NCBI GenBank assembly: GCA_002269645.1 | Contig: NIVC01000343.1 | Span: forward strand, 39,755 to 103,754 | From: Macrostomum lignano | Lineage: Eukaryota | Reading direction: 5' to 3' | Length of the DNA: 64,000 nt | Part shown: positions 1 to 12,700 of the stretch, piece after piece | How the letters are laid out: each line of letters opens with the position of its first letter | Numbering within the stretch: the stretch's first letter is position 1 | Program-made: the position numbers and the translations under genes | The notes under the pieces: model-generated | What the model saw: the letters and a program-made list of their open reading frames with translations, nothing else | What the model was told of the DNA's origin: nothing | Databases searched by the model: none

Positions 1-3000
1 TATTCCTACTGAAAATTCCCCTTTAATCCTACTGAGAATTCCCCTTTAATACTACTGTGAATTCCCCTTTAATCCTACTGAAAATTCCCCTTTAATCCTA
101 CTGAGAATTCCTCTTTAATACTACTGTGAATTCCCCTTTAATCCTACTGAGAATTCCCCTTTAATCCTACTGAAAATTCCCTTTTAATACTACTGTGAAT
201 TCCCCTTTAATGCTACTGAGAATTCCCCTTTAATCCTACTGAAAATTCCCTTTTAATCCTACTGAGAATTCCCCTTTAATACTACTGTGAATTCCCCTTT
301 AATCCTTCTGAAAATTCATTTTTAATCCTACTGAGAATTCCCATTTAATCCTACTGTGAATTCCCCTTTAATCCTACTGAAAATTCCCCTTTAATCCTAC
401 TGAGAATTCCTCTTTAATACTACTGTGAATTCCCCTTTAATCCTACTGAGAATTCCCCTTTAATCGTACTGAGAATTCCCCTTTAATCCTACTGAGAATT
501 CCCCTTTAATCGTACTGTGAATTCCCCTTTAATCCTACTGAAAATTCCCCTTTAATCCTACTGAGAATTCCTCTTTAATCCTACTGACAATTCCCCTTTA
601 ATCCTACTGAAAATTCCCCTTTAATCCTACTGAGAATTCCTCTTTAATACTACTGTGAATTCCCCTTTAATCCTACTGAAAATTCCCCTTTAATCCTACT
701 GAGAATTCCTCTTTAATACTACTGTGAATTCCCCTTTAATCCTACTGAGAATTCCCCTTTAATCCTACTGAAAATTCCGTTTTAATCCTACTGAGAATTC
801 CCCTTTAATCGTACTGTGAATTCCCCTTTAATCCTACTGACAATTCCTCTTTAATCCTACTGAGAATTCCCATTTAATCCTACTGTGAATTCCCCTTTAA
901 TCCTACTGAAAATTCCCCTTTAATCCTACTGAGAATTCCTCTTTAATACTACTGTGAATTCCCCTTTAATCCTACTGAGAATCCCCCTTTAATCCTACTG
1001 ACAATTCCCCTTTTATCGTACTGTGAATTCCCCTTTAATCCTACTGAAAATTCCCCTTTAATCCTACTGAGAATTCCTCTTTAATACTACTGTGAATTCC
1101 CCTTTAATCCTACTGAGAATCCCCCTTTAATCCTACTGACAATTCCCCTTTAATCGTACTGTGAATTCCCCTTTAATCCTACTGAAAATTCCCCTTTAAT
1201 CCTACTGAGAATTCCCCTTTAATCCTACTGACAATTCCCCTTTAATCCTACTGAGAATTCCTCTTTAATCCTACTGAGAATCCCCATTTAATCCCACTGT
1301 AAATTCCCCTTTAATCCTACTGTGAATTCCCCTTTAATCTTACTGATAATTTCCCTTTAATCCTACTGAAAATTCCCTTTTAATCCTACTGAGAATTCCC
1401 CTTTAATCGTACTGTGAATTCCCCTTTAATCCTACTGAAAATTCCCCTTTAATCCTACTGAGAATTCCCCTTTAATCCTACTGAAAATTCCCCTTAAATC
1501 CTACTGAGAATTCCCCTTTAATCCTACTGAAAATTCCCCTTTAATCCTACTGAGAATTCCCCTTTAATCCTACTGAAAATTCCCCTTTAATCCTACTGAG
1601 AATTCCCCTTTAATCGTACTGTGAATTCCCCTTTAATCCTACTGAAAATTCCCCTTTAATCCTACTGAGAATTCCCCTTTAATCGTACTGTGAATTCCCC
1701 TTTAATCCTACTGACAATTCCTCTTTAATCCTACTGAGAATTCCCATTTAATCCTACTGAGAATTCCTCTTTTATCGTACTGTGAATTCCCCTTTAATCC
1801 TACTGAAAATTCCCCTTTAATCCTACTGAGAATTCCCCTTTAATCCTACTGAGAATTCCCCTTTAATCCTACTGAGAATTCCCCTTTAATCCTACTGAGA
1901 ATTCCTCTTTAATACTACTGTGAATTCCCCTTTAATCCTACTGAAAATTCCCTTTTAATCCTACTGAGAATTCCCCTTTAATCCTACTGAGAATTCCTCT
2001 TTAATACTACTGTGAATTCCCCTTTAATCCTACTGAAAATTCCCCTTTAATCCTACTGAGAATTCCTCTTTAATACTACTGTGAATTCCCCTTTAATCCT
2101 ACTGAGAATCCCCCTTTAATCCTACTGACAATTCCCCTTTTATCGTACTGTGAATTCCCCTTTAATCCTACTGAAAATTCCCCTTTAATCCTACTGAGAA
2201 TTCCTCTTTAATACTACTGTGAATTCCCCTTTAATCCTACTGAGAATCCCCTTTAATCCTACTGACAATTCCCCTTTAATCGTACTGTGAATTCCCCTTT
2301 AATCCTACTGAAAATTCCCCTTTAATCCTACTGAGAATTCCCCTTTAATCCTACTGACAATTCCCCTTTAATCCTACTGAGAATTCCTCTTTAATCCTAC
2401 TGTGAATTCCCCTTTAATCCTACTGAAAATTTTCCTTTAATCCTACTGAAAATTCCCCTTTAATCCTACTGAGAATTCCTCTTTAATCCTACTGTGAATT
2501 CCGCTTTAATCCTACTGAGAATCCCCCTTTAATCCTACTGAGAATTCCCCTTTAATCGTACTGTGAATTCCCCTTTAATCGTACTGTGAATTCCCCTTTA
2601 ATCCTACTGAGAATTCCTCTTTTATCCTACTGTGAATTCCCCTTTAATCCTACTGAAAATTCCCCTTTAATCCTACTGAGAATTCCCCTTTAATCGTACT
2701 TTGAATTCTCCTTTAATCGTACTGTGAATTCCCCTTTAATCCTACTGTGAATTCCTCTTTTATCCTACTGTAAATTCCCCTTTAATCCTACTGACAATTC
2801 CCCTTTAATCCTACTGAGAATTCCCCTTTAATCCTACTGTGAATTCCTCTTTTATCCTACTGTGAATTCCCCTTTAATCCTACTGAGAATTCCCCTTTAA
2901 TCCTACTGAGAATTCCCCTTTAATCCTACTGATAATTCCCCTTTAATCCTACTGAAAATTCCCCTTTAATCCTACTGAGAATTCCCCTTTAATCGTACTG

Positions 3001-4110
3001 TGAATTCCCCTTTAATCCTACTGAAAATTCCCCTTTAATCCTACTGAGAATTCCTCTTTAATACTACTGTGAATTCCCCTTTAATCCTACTGAGAATCCC
3101 CCTTTAATCCTACTGACAATTCCCCTTTTATCGTACTGTGAATTCCCCTTTAATCCTACTGAAAATTCCCCTTTAATCCTACTGAGAATTCCTCTTTAAT
3201 ACTACTGTGAATTCTTCTTTAATCCTACTGAGAATCCCCCTTTAATCCTACTGACAATTCCCCCTTTAATCGTACTGTGAATTCCCCTTTAATCCTACTG
3301 AAAATTCCCCTTTAATCCTACTGAGAATTCCTCTTTAATCCTACTGACAATTCCCCTTTAATCCTACTGAGAATTCCTCTTTAATCCTACTGAGAATCCC
3401 CATTTAATCCTACTGTAAATTCCCCTTTAATCGTACTGTGAATTCCCCTTTAATCCTACTGATAATTCCCCTTTAATCCTACTGAAAATTCCCTTTTAAT
3501 CCTACTGAGAATTCCCCTTTAATCGTACTGTGAATTCCCCTTTAATCCTACTGAAAATTCCCCTTTAATCCTACTGAGAATTCCCCTTTAATCCTACTGA
3601 AAATTCCCCTTTAATCCTACTGAGAATTCCCCTTTAATCCTACTGAAAATTCCCCTTTAATCCTACTGAGAATTCCCCTTTAATCCTACTGAAAATTCCC
3701 CTTTAATCCTACTGAGAATTCCCCTTTAATCGTACTGTGAATTCCCCTTTAATCCTACTGAAAATTCCCCTTCAATCCTACTGAGAATTCCCCTTTAATT
3801 CTACTGAAAATTCCCCTTTAATCCTACTGAGAATTCCCCTTTAATCCTACTGAAAATTCCCCTTTAATCCTACTGAGAATTCCCCTTTAATCCTACTGAA
3901 AATTCCCCTTTAATCCTACTGAGAATTCCCCTTTAATCCTACTGAGAATTCCCCTTTAATCCTACTGAGAATTCCCCTTTAATCCTACTGAAAATTCGCC
4001 TTTAATCCTACTGAGAATTCCCCTTTAATCCTACTGAAAATTCCCCTTTAATCCTACTGAGAATTCCTCTTTAATACTACTGTGAATTCCCCTTTAATCC
4101 TACTAAAAAT
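1..4110. repeat. 23-bp tandem array (CCTACTGAGAATTCCCCTTTAAT), runs off the window start; probably intronic to the PCGF gene
   Basis: Period 23 read directly; variants GAAA/GAGA/GTGA/GACA; many EcoRI sites; decays at ~4110, about 230 bp before the PCGF acceptor. Confidence 0.97.
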
Positions 4111-4338
4111 TTCTTTTAATCCTTCTTTAATCCTACTAGCTTCAATCCGACAATCAAGTTCTAATTCCTTAAAGAATCCTCTTTAATCCCCAAATGGGTT
4201 CTCATCCCTAATTTCCCTTAGAATCCTGTATCTAATTTCCTTGTAATGTGACAGAACACGGCCTTCTATCTAATAATATCGGCTAAATAATATCGCTATT
4301 AAGCTACAGCAGGCAGAGAATATCGTTTCTAACTGCAG

Positions 4339-4605
4339 GTGACCCTACGCCTAGTAACAGCCGAGCCCGAGCTGAAACAGATCGATCGCATGTTCGTCCG
4401 CTTATCAACCCTGGCAACTGTCACCCACGTGAAAAAGTACATAGCAATGCAAGTATTCGAAGATGCCAGCCGATTTAAAGAGATTGACATCACCTGCGAC
4501 AATCAGTTGCTAGGGAAGGATCATTCGCTGAAATTTGTTATAATCACTAGGTCGTCTCGGCCGCAGCCATTGACGTTGCATTATTGCATGAAGTTGCAGT
4601 TCTGA
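4339..4605 (+). CDS. PCGF3: Last coding exon of a Polycomb group RING finger protein (PCGF3/5-like), RAWUL domain
   Basis: Acceptor ctaactgcAG at 4337-4338. Translation ...LSTLATVTHVKKYIA...EIDITCDNQLLGKDHSLKFV...PLTLHY closely resembles the recalled PCGF3/5 C-terminus (ATVLHLKKFIA...LGKDHTLKFV...LLLHY). Stop at 4603-4605; AATAAA at 5825 and 6031. Upstream exons lie outside the window. Confidence 0.82.
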   Translation: MTLRLVTAEPELKQIDRMFVRLSTLATVTHVKKYIAMQVFEDASRFKEIDITCDNQLLGKDHSLKFVIITRSSRPQPLTLHYCMKLQF

Positions 4606-6124
4606 TCGGCTAGTTAAGTAGTAAAGTGCGAGCGAATGTGCCAAAAATTATGCTTCATTTTTGTCCTATGTAGTCATGCACAATAGTTTTGTACTTATAT
4701 ATAGTGCTATCTGAATTTACGATTCACCATATGATATGGTTAACTTATTAATTGGCTATATTAATTAATTATTTAAAATGGTTCGGCTTGTTAAACTTGC
4801 TGTTAATTGTTTGCTTGCTTGCTTTCTTCTCTATCAACTAAGTGCTTAGTAGTTTATTGTTGTTGAAGTCTTTCCCTGCAGTCGTAAAAAATGTCATTAT
4901 AAAATTATCATTATCAGCGATGGCGCTTATTATTGTGAGTTTAGCGTTTTTTATTCTTCTGGCATTTTTTATTGCTTATTTTGGTTCCTCGTTTTTAATA
5001 GTATATTGGACCATAGACAGCAGGTTTATATTTGAAACGGCTGTTAGAAGTCGTTTAGAACAGTAACAACAAGCTGTGTTAACAGTGAATACACCTGGCT
5101 GGCCGTAGGGCGGAGAGGAGAGAGAATAGAGATGAGAGAAGAGAGATGCAGAAAGGAGAGGCGAGGGGCAACAGGCGAGGCGAGACTAAAAAAGTGAGGA
5201 GACAAAAGGAGAAGAAAGAAGAGAGAGGAGCAGGGAGAAGAGACAAACCCTGAGCGGGCCGATCCCTGGTCTATGGTATTGGTATATTCATCTAGTGCTT
5301 CGACGATTGTCTATGGCCAAAACTGTGTATGGCCAGAGCATTGAATCTCAGACATTGAGCAGTTGAAGAACCGGAACCATTAGATAAAAATTTTGTATTT
5401 TGTGATGCACATAGCGAAAAAGTCTGCAACTGAAACTGTGACTAAACTGTCAAACCGCATGTGTGCTCAACCGTGATTAGTAACCATGCCTGACTCAGTG
5501 CTTCTCTGTAGTTACCATGGGAACGCCAATACTTTAGATGATTGGCATGTAGTGGACTCTGCAGCTCTATTTGCTTGGTGGGCATGGCTTCTGAATTTAG
5601 CTGCCCTGTGCTCTGTGCCATAGACTGTGTTTTGACCATAGAGGAAAGTAGAAACTTTGCTTCTTCATCATAATGTCTAGTTTCAAATAGCAAATCTCGT
5701 CAGCTTGCTGTGTGTAAATTGTGTACTTTCAAGTTCTGTTTCTATAAATATGAGCACATGGATAGAACACTTAGCATCTTGATTATTTTCCTTGTTCGCT
5801 TCGTGTGTACCGACTGCTTGTATCAATAAAATTCATTTCATTTTTACTCAATTTTTTAATTCCGTGTGTCTCATAGTCTGTAGACATTTATTATTGGAAT
5901 TTTAGTTAACCCATTTGTCTTTTTTATTGAATGCTAATTCTTATTAACAATTGCATGTAATCCTGTTTTTACCTGTATTGTATATAGACAAGAGCCGTTA
6001 GACATGATTGTAATTGTTAATTATATAGTAAATAAATGATTACATTCAGTGTTTGTTGTATGCTTCTCGTCTACTGGCCTTTTATTTTTTTAGCTCTTTG
6101 GGTATTTTAGCTGTCTTTACCGGC

Positions 6125-7520
6125 AAGTTAGGAGGTGGCGCCTCACTGAAGTCTCTGGTAGGAGGTGGCGCCTCACTGAAGTCTCTGGTAGGAGGTGGCG
6201 CCTCACTGAAGTCTCTGGTAGGAGGTGGTGCCTTACTGAAGTCTCTGGTAGGAGGTGGCGCCTCACTGAAGTCTCTGGTAGGAGGTGGCGCCTCACTGAA
6301 GTCTCTGGTAGGAGGTGGCGCTTCACTGAAGTCTCTGGTAGGAGGTGGCGCCTCACTGAAGTCTCTGGTAGGAGGTGGCGCCTCACTGAAGTCTCTGGTA
6401 GGAGGTGGCGCCTCACTGAAGTCTCTGGTAGGAGGTGGCGCCTCACTGAAGTTACTGATGGGAGGTGGCGCCTCACTGAAGTCTCTGGTAGGAGGTGGCG
6501 CCTCACTGAAGTCTCTGGTAGGAGGTGGCGCCTCACTGAAGTATCTGGTAGGAAGTGGCGCCTCACTGAAGTCTCTGGTAGGAGCTGGCGCTTCACTGAA
6601 GTCTCTGGTAGGAGGTGGCGCCTCGCTGAAGTCTCTGGTAGGAGGTGGCGCCTCGCTGAAGTCTCTGGTAGGAGGTGACGCCTCACTGAAGTCTCTGGTA
6701 GGAGGTGGCGCCTCACTGAAGTCTCTGGTAGGAGGTGGCGCCTCACTGAAGTATCTGGTAGGAAGTGGCGCCTCACTGAAGTCTCTGGTAGGAGGTGGCG
6801 CCTCACTGAAGTTACTGATGGGAGGTGGCGCCTCACTGAAGTCTCTGGTAGGAGGTGGCGCCTCGCTGAAGTCTCTGGTAGGAGGTGACGCCTCACTGAA
6901 GTCTCTGGTAGGAGGTGGCGCCTCACTGAAGTTACTGATGAGAGGTGGCGCCTCACTGAAGTTACTGATGGGAGGTGGCGCCTCACTGAAGTTACTGATG
7001 GGAGGTGGCGCCTCACTGAAGTTACTGATGGGAGGTGGCGCCTCATTGAAGTGACTCATGGCAGGTGGCGCTTTCCTGAAGTTACTGATGGGAGGTGGCG
7101 CCTCATTGAAGTGACTCATGGCAGGTGGCGCTTTCCTGAAGTTACTGATGAGAGGTGGCGCCTCACTGAAGTGACTCATGGCAGGTGGCGCTTTCCTGAA
7201 GTTACTGATGGGAGGTGGCGCCTCATTGAAGTGACTCATGGCAGGTGGCGCTTTCCTGAAGTTACTGATGAGAGGTGGCGCCTCACTGAAGTGACTCATG
7301 GCAGGTGGCGCTTTCCTGAAGTTACTGATGGGAGGTGGCGCCTCATTGAAGTGACTCATGGCAGGTGGCGCTTTCCTGAAGTTACTGATGGGAGGTGGCG
7401 CCTCATTAAAGGGACTGATGGGAGGTGGCGCCTTATTAATGGGACTGATGGGAGGTGGCACCTCATTAAAGGGACTGATGGGAGGTGGCGCCTCAATTAA
7501 GTCTTTGGTAGGAGGTGGTT
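6125..7520. repeat. 30-bp minisatellite (GGAGGTGGCGCCTCACTGAAGTCTCTGGTA) grading into a 60-bp dimeric unit
   Basis: Period 30 to ~7040, then two alternating 30-mers. Source of ORFs 6053..7054, 6082..7596, 6117..7046 and 7051..7500. Confidence 0.95.
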
Positions 7521-7635
7521 TCTTACTGAGGTGACAGATGGTACTAGTGTTAAAAAATTTCATAAAAGTGCACAACTGCAACTTGATGTACCGCAAGCGC
7601 TGCCAACAGCCAGAGGCTCCGTCAGCATTGGCTGA

Positions 7636-9718
7636 ATGACGTCGCCAGCTACTACTTCGTCATTTATCGTTGGCAGCGGCGCCGATTGGGCTGCCGCAAT
7701 CGAATCTGACGACGAGCTTGAAGCAATTGAAACGGACGCGCTAGTGAACAATGGCGAAAGTGTTGGCCAGTTCTGGGGCGGCGGTACATCACTTCCGATG
7801 CGGCAGAGAAAGAGTCAACAGCAGCGTGAGCTTGCTTTTAATTGGTTTTTATTTTGCGTTAGAGGATCGTAAAAAGCAGATATTTCTACTCTTAGTAGAG
7901 TATATACATCTGTACACTATTTTAGCTTGTCCACTTTTTTAATATAAGATACACTATCGCTGTGTACGTGCACACTTTGTACGTACCTTGCCGAACTGCG
8001 ACAGTGTTGGCTCTCTTCTCCTGTTTAACTAATGCGACCAATGTCGCCTACAAACTGCAGAAGAAAGTGAGCGGCAAAGATAAAGTATGTACTCTTTGTA
8101 CCAGCTGATACTAGCAAATATATTATTGAGGACTGAGGCACAGCAGTGTGCTCGCGGTTTATAAATTAGATCGACTGAGATTAGCAGTCTGACTGAACTA
8201 TATACAAGCTAGAAATGTCGCTAGCCGAAATCAATGATGCTGACGAGGCCGAAGAGCAATTAGCCAATCCGTTCAAGGACAACGACGTCGAAGTAGATGG
8301 ACCGGACGATCTGTTTTCATTTAACTTTAAATCGCTTGGTCGGTGGGACTCGCGCGGTAGGGGTCCATGGCAGCTATTTATTGAGCTCTGTTTGTTTTTT
8401 TGCTAAAGTCGATCCGGCCGCTACTTCCGGTCCTTCAGCTGTCTGCAGCCTCCTTCCGGTTCTTCAGCTGTCTGCAGCCTCCTTCCGGTCCTTCAGCTGT
8501 CTGCAGCCTCCTTCCAATTCTTCAGCTGTCTGCAGCCTCCTTCCAATTCTTCAGCTGTCTGCAGCCTCCTTCCGGTTATTCAGCTGTCTGCAGCCTCCTT
8601 CCAATTCTTCAGCTGTCTGCAGCCTCCTTCCAATTCTTCAGCTGTCTGCAGCCTCCTTCCGGTTATTCATCTGTCTGCAGCCTCCTTCCGGACCTTCAGC
8701 TGTCTGCAGCCTCCTTCCGGACCTTCAGCTGTCTGCAGCCTCCTTCCGGACCTTCAGCTGTCTGCAGCCTCCTTCCGGACCTTCAGCTGTCTGCAGCCTC
8801 CTTCCGGACCTTCAGCTGTCTGCAGCCTCCTTTCGGACCTTCAGCTGTCTGCAGCCTCCTTTCGGACCTTCAGCTGTCTGCAGCCTCCTTCCGGACCTTC
8901 AGCTGTCTGCAGCCTCCTTCCGGACCTTCAGCTGTCTGCAGCCTCCTTCCGGTTCTTCATCCAGTCATTTAACAATCCGTCTTTCAATTCCAACCTTCAG
9001 CTTTTAAGTTTTTGGAAGACTCGCTTGTGCTTTTGCATCTAGCGTGTGTATTGTGATACATCTCTAACGATACTATCGTATTGGCCATGCAGGCTCCACA
9101 GTCACTGTCGGTGTCGCTGATGTGGACCTGACCGGCGGCCAAGATGGCGCCGAGCATCAATACGCCGACTTCGACACCATCGATTGGCTGCGCGACATTG
9201 GCAGGCATCGGCGTCGGAATCGTGAAGTTCAACGTCGACGCCGGGTGAACTATCGGGGCCGACTGGCCGCCGCCTTTGACAGCGTTTCCGGCTGGCTGTG
9301 CGTCGGCTTAATTGCGGTTGCGGCGGGTGAGTGCAGTGCCTGGAATTGATCAGCGACTGCTACTAATATCCTTCATTTTAATACCATTGCATTCATGATA
9401 CACAATGGCCAGGTCTAGTTGCCGGTGTTGTGGACATCGGCACCAACTGGATGTCTGACCTGCGCAGCGGCATCTGCGTTGAAGCATTCTGGTTTAATAA
9501 AGAGCAGTGCTGCTGGTCAGCCAACGATACCGGCTTCGATGATGAGCAAGCTTGTGCTCAGGTGAGTGGCCGCTTCTTCAGCTTTGCCTGTCTGTCTGCC
9601 TGCCTGCCTGTCTGTCTGTCTGTCTTAGTGTCTGTCTCTGCTGTCTGTCTTAGTGTCTGTCTTAGTGTCTGTCTGTCTGTCTCTCTGTCTGTATGTCTGT
9701 CTGTCTGTTTGTCTCTGC

Positions 9719-9755
<37 letters not shown>

Positions 9756-12700
9756 GCTGTCTGTCTGTCTGCTGTCTGTCTGTCTGTCTGTCTGTGTCTG
9801 TCTGCTGTCTGTCTGTTTGTCTGTCTGTCTGCCTGTCTGTCTGTCTGTCTCTGTCTCTGTCTGTCTGTCTGTCTGTATGTCTGTCTTAGTGTCTGTCTTA
9901 GTGTCTGTAACTCTGCCTATATCTGCATGTGTTAGTATCTGTCAATCCCCAATGTTATTTTAATGTACAAAGCAAGCCTCTCACCCGGCTCGGCAATGCA
10001 GTGGTACACCTGGGCGGAGCTGGTGGGCAACAAGAACAAAGACGCCGGCGCCTACATCTTGCGCTACGTCTTGTACGTGTTCTGGTCACTGCTGTTCGCC
10101 CTGCTGGCAGCCATGCTGGTCCGCATGTTCGCCCCGTACGCCTGCGGCTCGGGCATCCCGGAGATCAAAACCATCCTATCCGGTTTTGTCATTCGCGGCT
10201 ACCTGGGCAAATGGACTCTGCTGATAAAATCTGTTGGCATCATGCTGTCGGTCTCCTCAGGCCTCAGTCTGGGCAAGGAGGGCCCGATGGTTCACATGGC
10301 CTCTTGCTGCGGCAACATCATCGCTCACCTGTTTCCCAAGTACGGCCGCAATGAGGCCAAGAAGCGGGAGGTTCTATCGGCCGCCGCTGCCGCCGGCGTC
10401 AGCATCGCATTCGGCGCTCCGCTTGGCGGCGTGCTGTTCAGCCTTGAAGAGGCCAGCTACTATTTCCCATTGAAGACTCTGTGGCGCAGCTTCTTCTGCA
10501 GCATGGTGGCAGCTTCGGTGCTGAAGCTAGTTAATCCGTTTGGCAACGATCACCTGGTGCTGTTCTACATTGAGTACAACTCAACCTGGTCCGTACTAGA
10601 AATTGGCCCATTCATCTTGCTAGGCATTGTTGGCGGAGTGTTCGGCGCTGCTTTTATCCGAGCGAACGTTTGGGTCTGCCGGCAGAGGAAGTTCGGTCGA
10701 CTGGGCCAGTTCCCCGTAGCCGAGGTGCTCGCCGTCACCTGCGTCACGGCACTGTTAGCGTTTCCCAATCCTTACACCAGAATGAACACTAGTCAGCTGA
10801 TTAAACTGCTGTTTAGCAAGTGCGGCCCCGAGGATGTTAACGAATTGTGCGACTATAAGCGGAATACTACTAACGATTTCTCCGGCTCCGCGCCCGCCGG
10901 ACCGGGAATCTATAGCGCCATGTGGAAACTGCTGCTAGCTTTTGGATTCAAAATTATTGTCACCATTTTCACCTTTGGCATTAAGGTTTGTTGTGGGGCT
11001 TTACTGTCGATTCGTTTTTGAGGATCTTGGGGGTATGTTTGGTTAGCTTTACTATTAGGTATGTTTAGGTCGCTTTAGATCTAGATCTGCTTAGGTTGCT
11101 TTAGGTCTATTTAGGTCGGTTAAGGTTGCTTTAGGTCTATTTAGGTCGGTTTAGGTTGCTTTAGGTCTATTTAGGTCGGTTTAGGTTGCTTTAGATCTTT
11201 CTAGGTCGCCTAAGTCTGTCTAGGTCGCTTTAAGTTTGTCTAGGTTACTTTAGGTCTGTTTAGGTCGCTTTAGGTCTATTTAGGTCTCATAGGTCTGTTT
11301 AGCTTGCTTTAGGTCTGCTTAGCTTGCTTGTTTGCTTTAGGTCTGTTAAGATTGTTTTAGGTCTGTTTAGCTTTCTTTAGGTCTGTTTAGATTGCTTTAG
11401 GTCTGGTTAGCTTGCTTATGCTGTTTAGATCACTAGATGTTATTTGGATCACTTTAGTTCTATCTGTATCGCTTTAAGCCTCTATGTCGCTTGACATTTG
11501 TTCAGGTCTCTGGAGATCTGTTTGTGTCAGTTTATTGTCGTTTTAGGATTTTTAAAGTATCTTTAGGCTTTTTTATTAAGATGTTTGGCTCTGTTTAAAC
11601 TTGCATTATTAGCTGCGGCACTGTTAACCCATAGCTTTTAAAACCTTGTCTGGATCTTTTTAGGTCTCAGGGTCAAGCAGAGTCTAGTGAGTCAATTTCA
11701 GAAGTGGCTGCAGCCTTTGTAAATTTTTACATTAGAAAATTAGCACTCCTGTGCTAATCTAAACTGTCAGCTATGTAGGGGGTCTGTGGCCTGCGCTCTG
11801 CAAGCTAGTAGCATTAGTGAATAATTTAGCATTTCTCACCAAGCACGCGTTTACGAGTATGAAGTCTTTTACCTTTTGGAAAGAAAAAGTGGCAGTGAAA
11901 CTGTTGCTGTAAGTCCGATAAGAACTTGGGTGTGACTGAGAAAAACAACGCATTATCTTACTGCTGTGCTAAATCGCATGACAGCATAGTGTATAGTAGC
12001 TTGGCACTGCTTCAACTGTGGCTGTAGCATGTAGAATCGGGACTCGATGGAGTAGAAAGTTACTAGAACTGAGACTAGATAGAGTAGAGAGTGACTAGAA
12101 CTGAGACTAGATAGAGTAGAGAGTGACTAGAACTGAGACTAGATAGAGTACAGACTGACTAGAACTGAGACTAGATAGAGTAGAGAGTGACTAGAACTGA
12201 GACTAGATAGAGTAGAGAGTGACTAGAACTGAGACTAGATAGAGTAGAGAGTGACTAGAACTGAGACTAGATAGAATAGAGAGTGACTAGAACTGAGACT
12301 AGATAGAGTAGAGAGTGACTAGAACTGAGACTAGATAGAGTAGAGAGTGACTAGAACTGAGACTAGATAGAGTAGATAGTGACTAGAACTGAGACTAGAT
12401 AGAGTAGAGAGTGACTAGAACTGAGACTAGATAGAGTAGAGAGTGACTAGAACTGAGACTAGATAGAATAGAGAGTGACTAAAATGAGACCAGATAGAGT
12501 AGAGAGTGACTAGAACTGAGACTAGATAGAGTAGAGAGTGACTAAAATGAGACCAGATAGAGTAGAGAGTGACTAAATGACACTAGATAGAGTAGAGTGA
12601 TGAGTAGAGTGGTGATTGAGACTAACTGAGACCAGATAGAGTAGAGAGTGACTAGAACTGAGACCAGATAGAGTAGAGAGTGACTAAAATGAGACCAGAT

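Noticed and set aside
1-4110. CRISPR-like appearance of regular short repeats (also other arrays)
   Set aside because: Head-to-tail units with no unique spacers, no cas genes, eukaryotic context.
6930-7290. CTGATGA-GAGG-loop-CCTC resembling a hammerhead ribozyme core
   Set aside because: The obligatory GAAA does not follow stem II, and most units read CTGATGG.
7560-7751. Minus-strand 63-aa ORF as a 5' exon for the Pro-rich repeat ORF
   Set aside because: Antisense shadow of the + strand exon 7636-7825, which has an ATG, a strong phase-compatible donor and ClC-3-like acidic motifs.
11040-11420. Interstitial telomere (TTAGG-like) and inverted similarity to AGACCTAAA repeats at 18750-18870
   Set aside because: The period is 10 bp rather than 5-6, and the shared core is only ~9 bp; too weak to claim.
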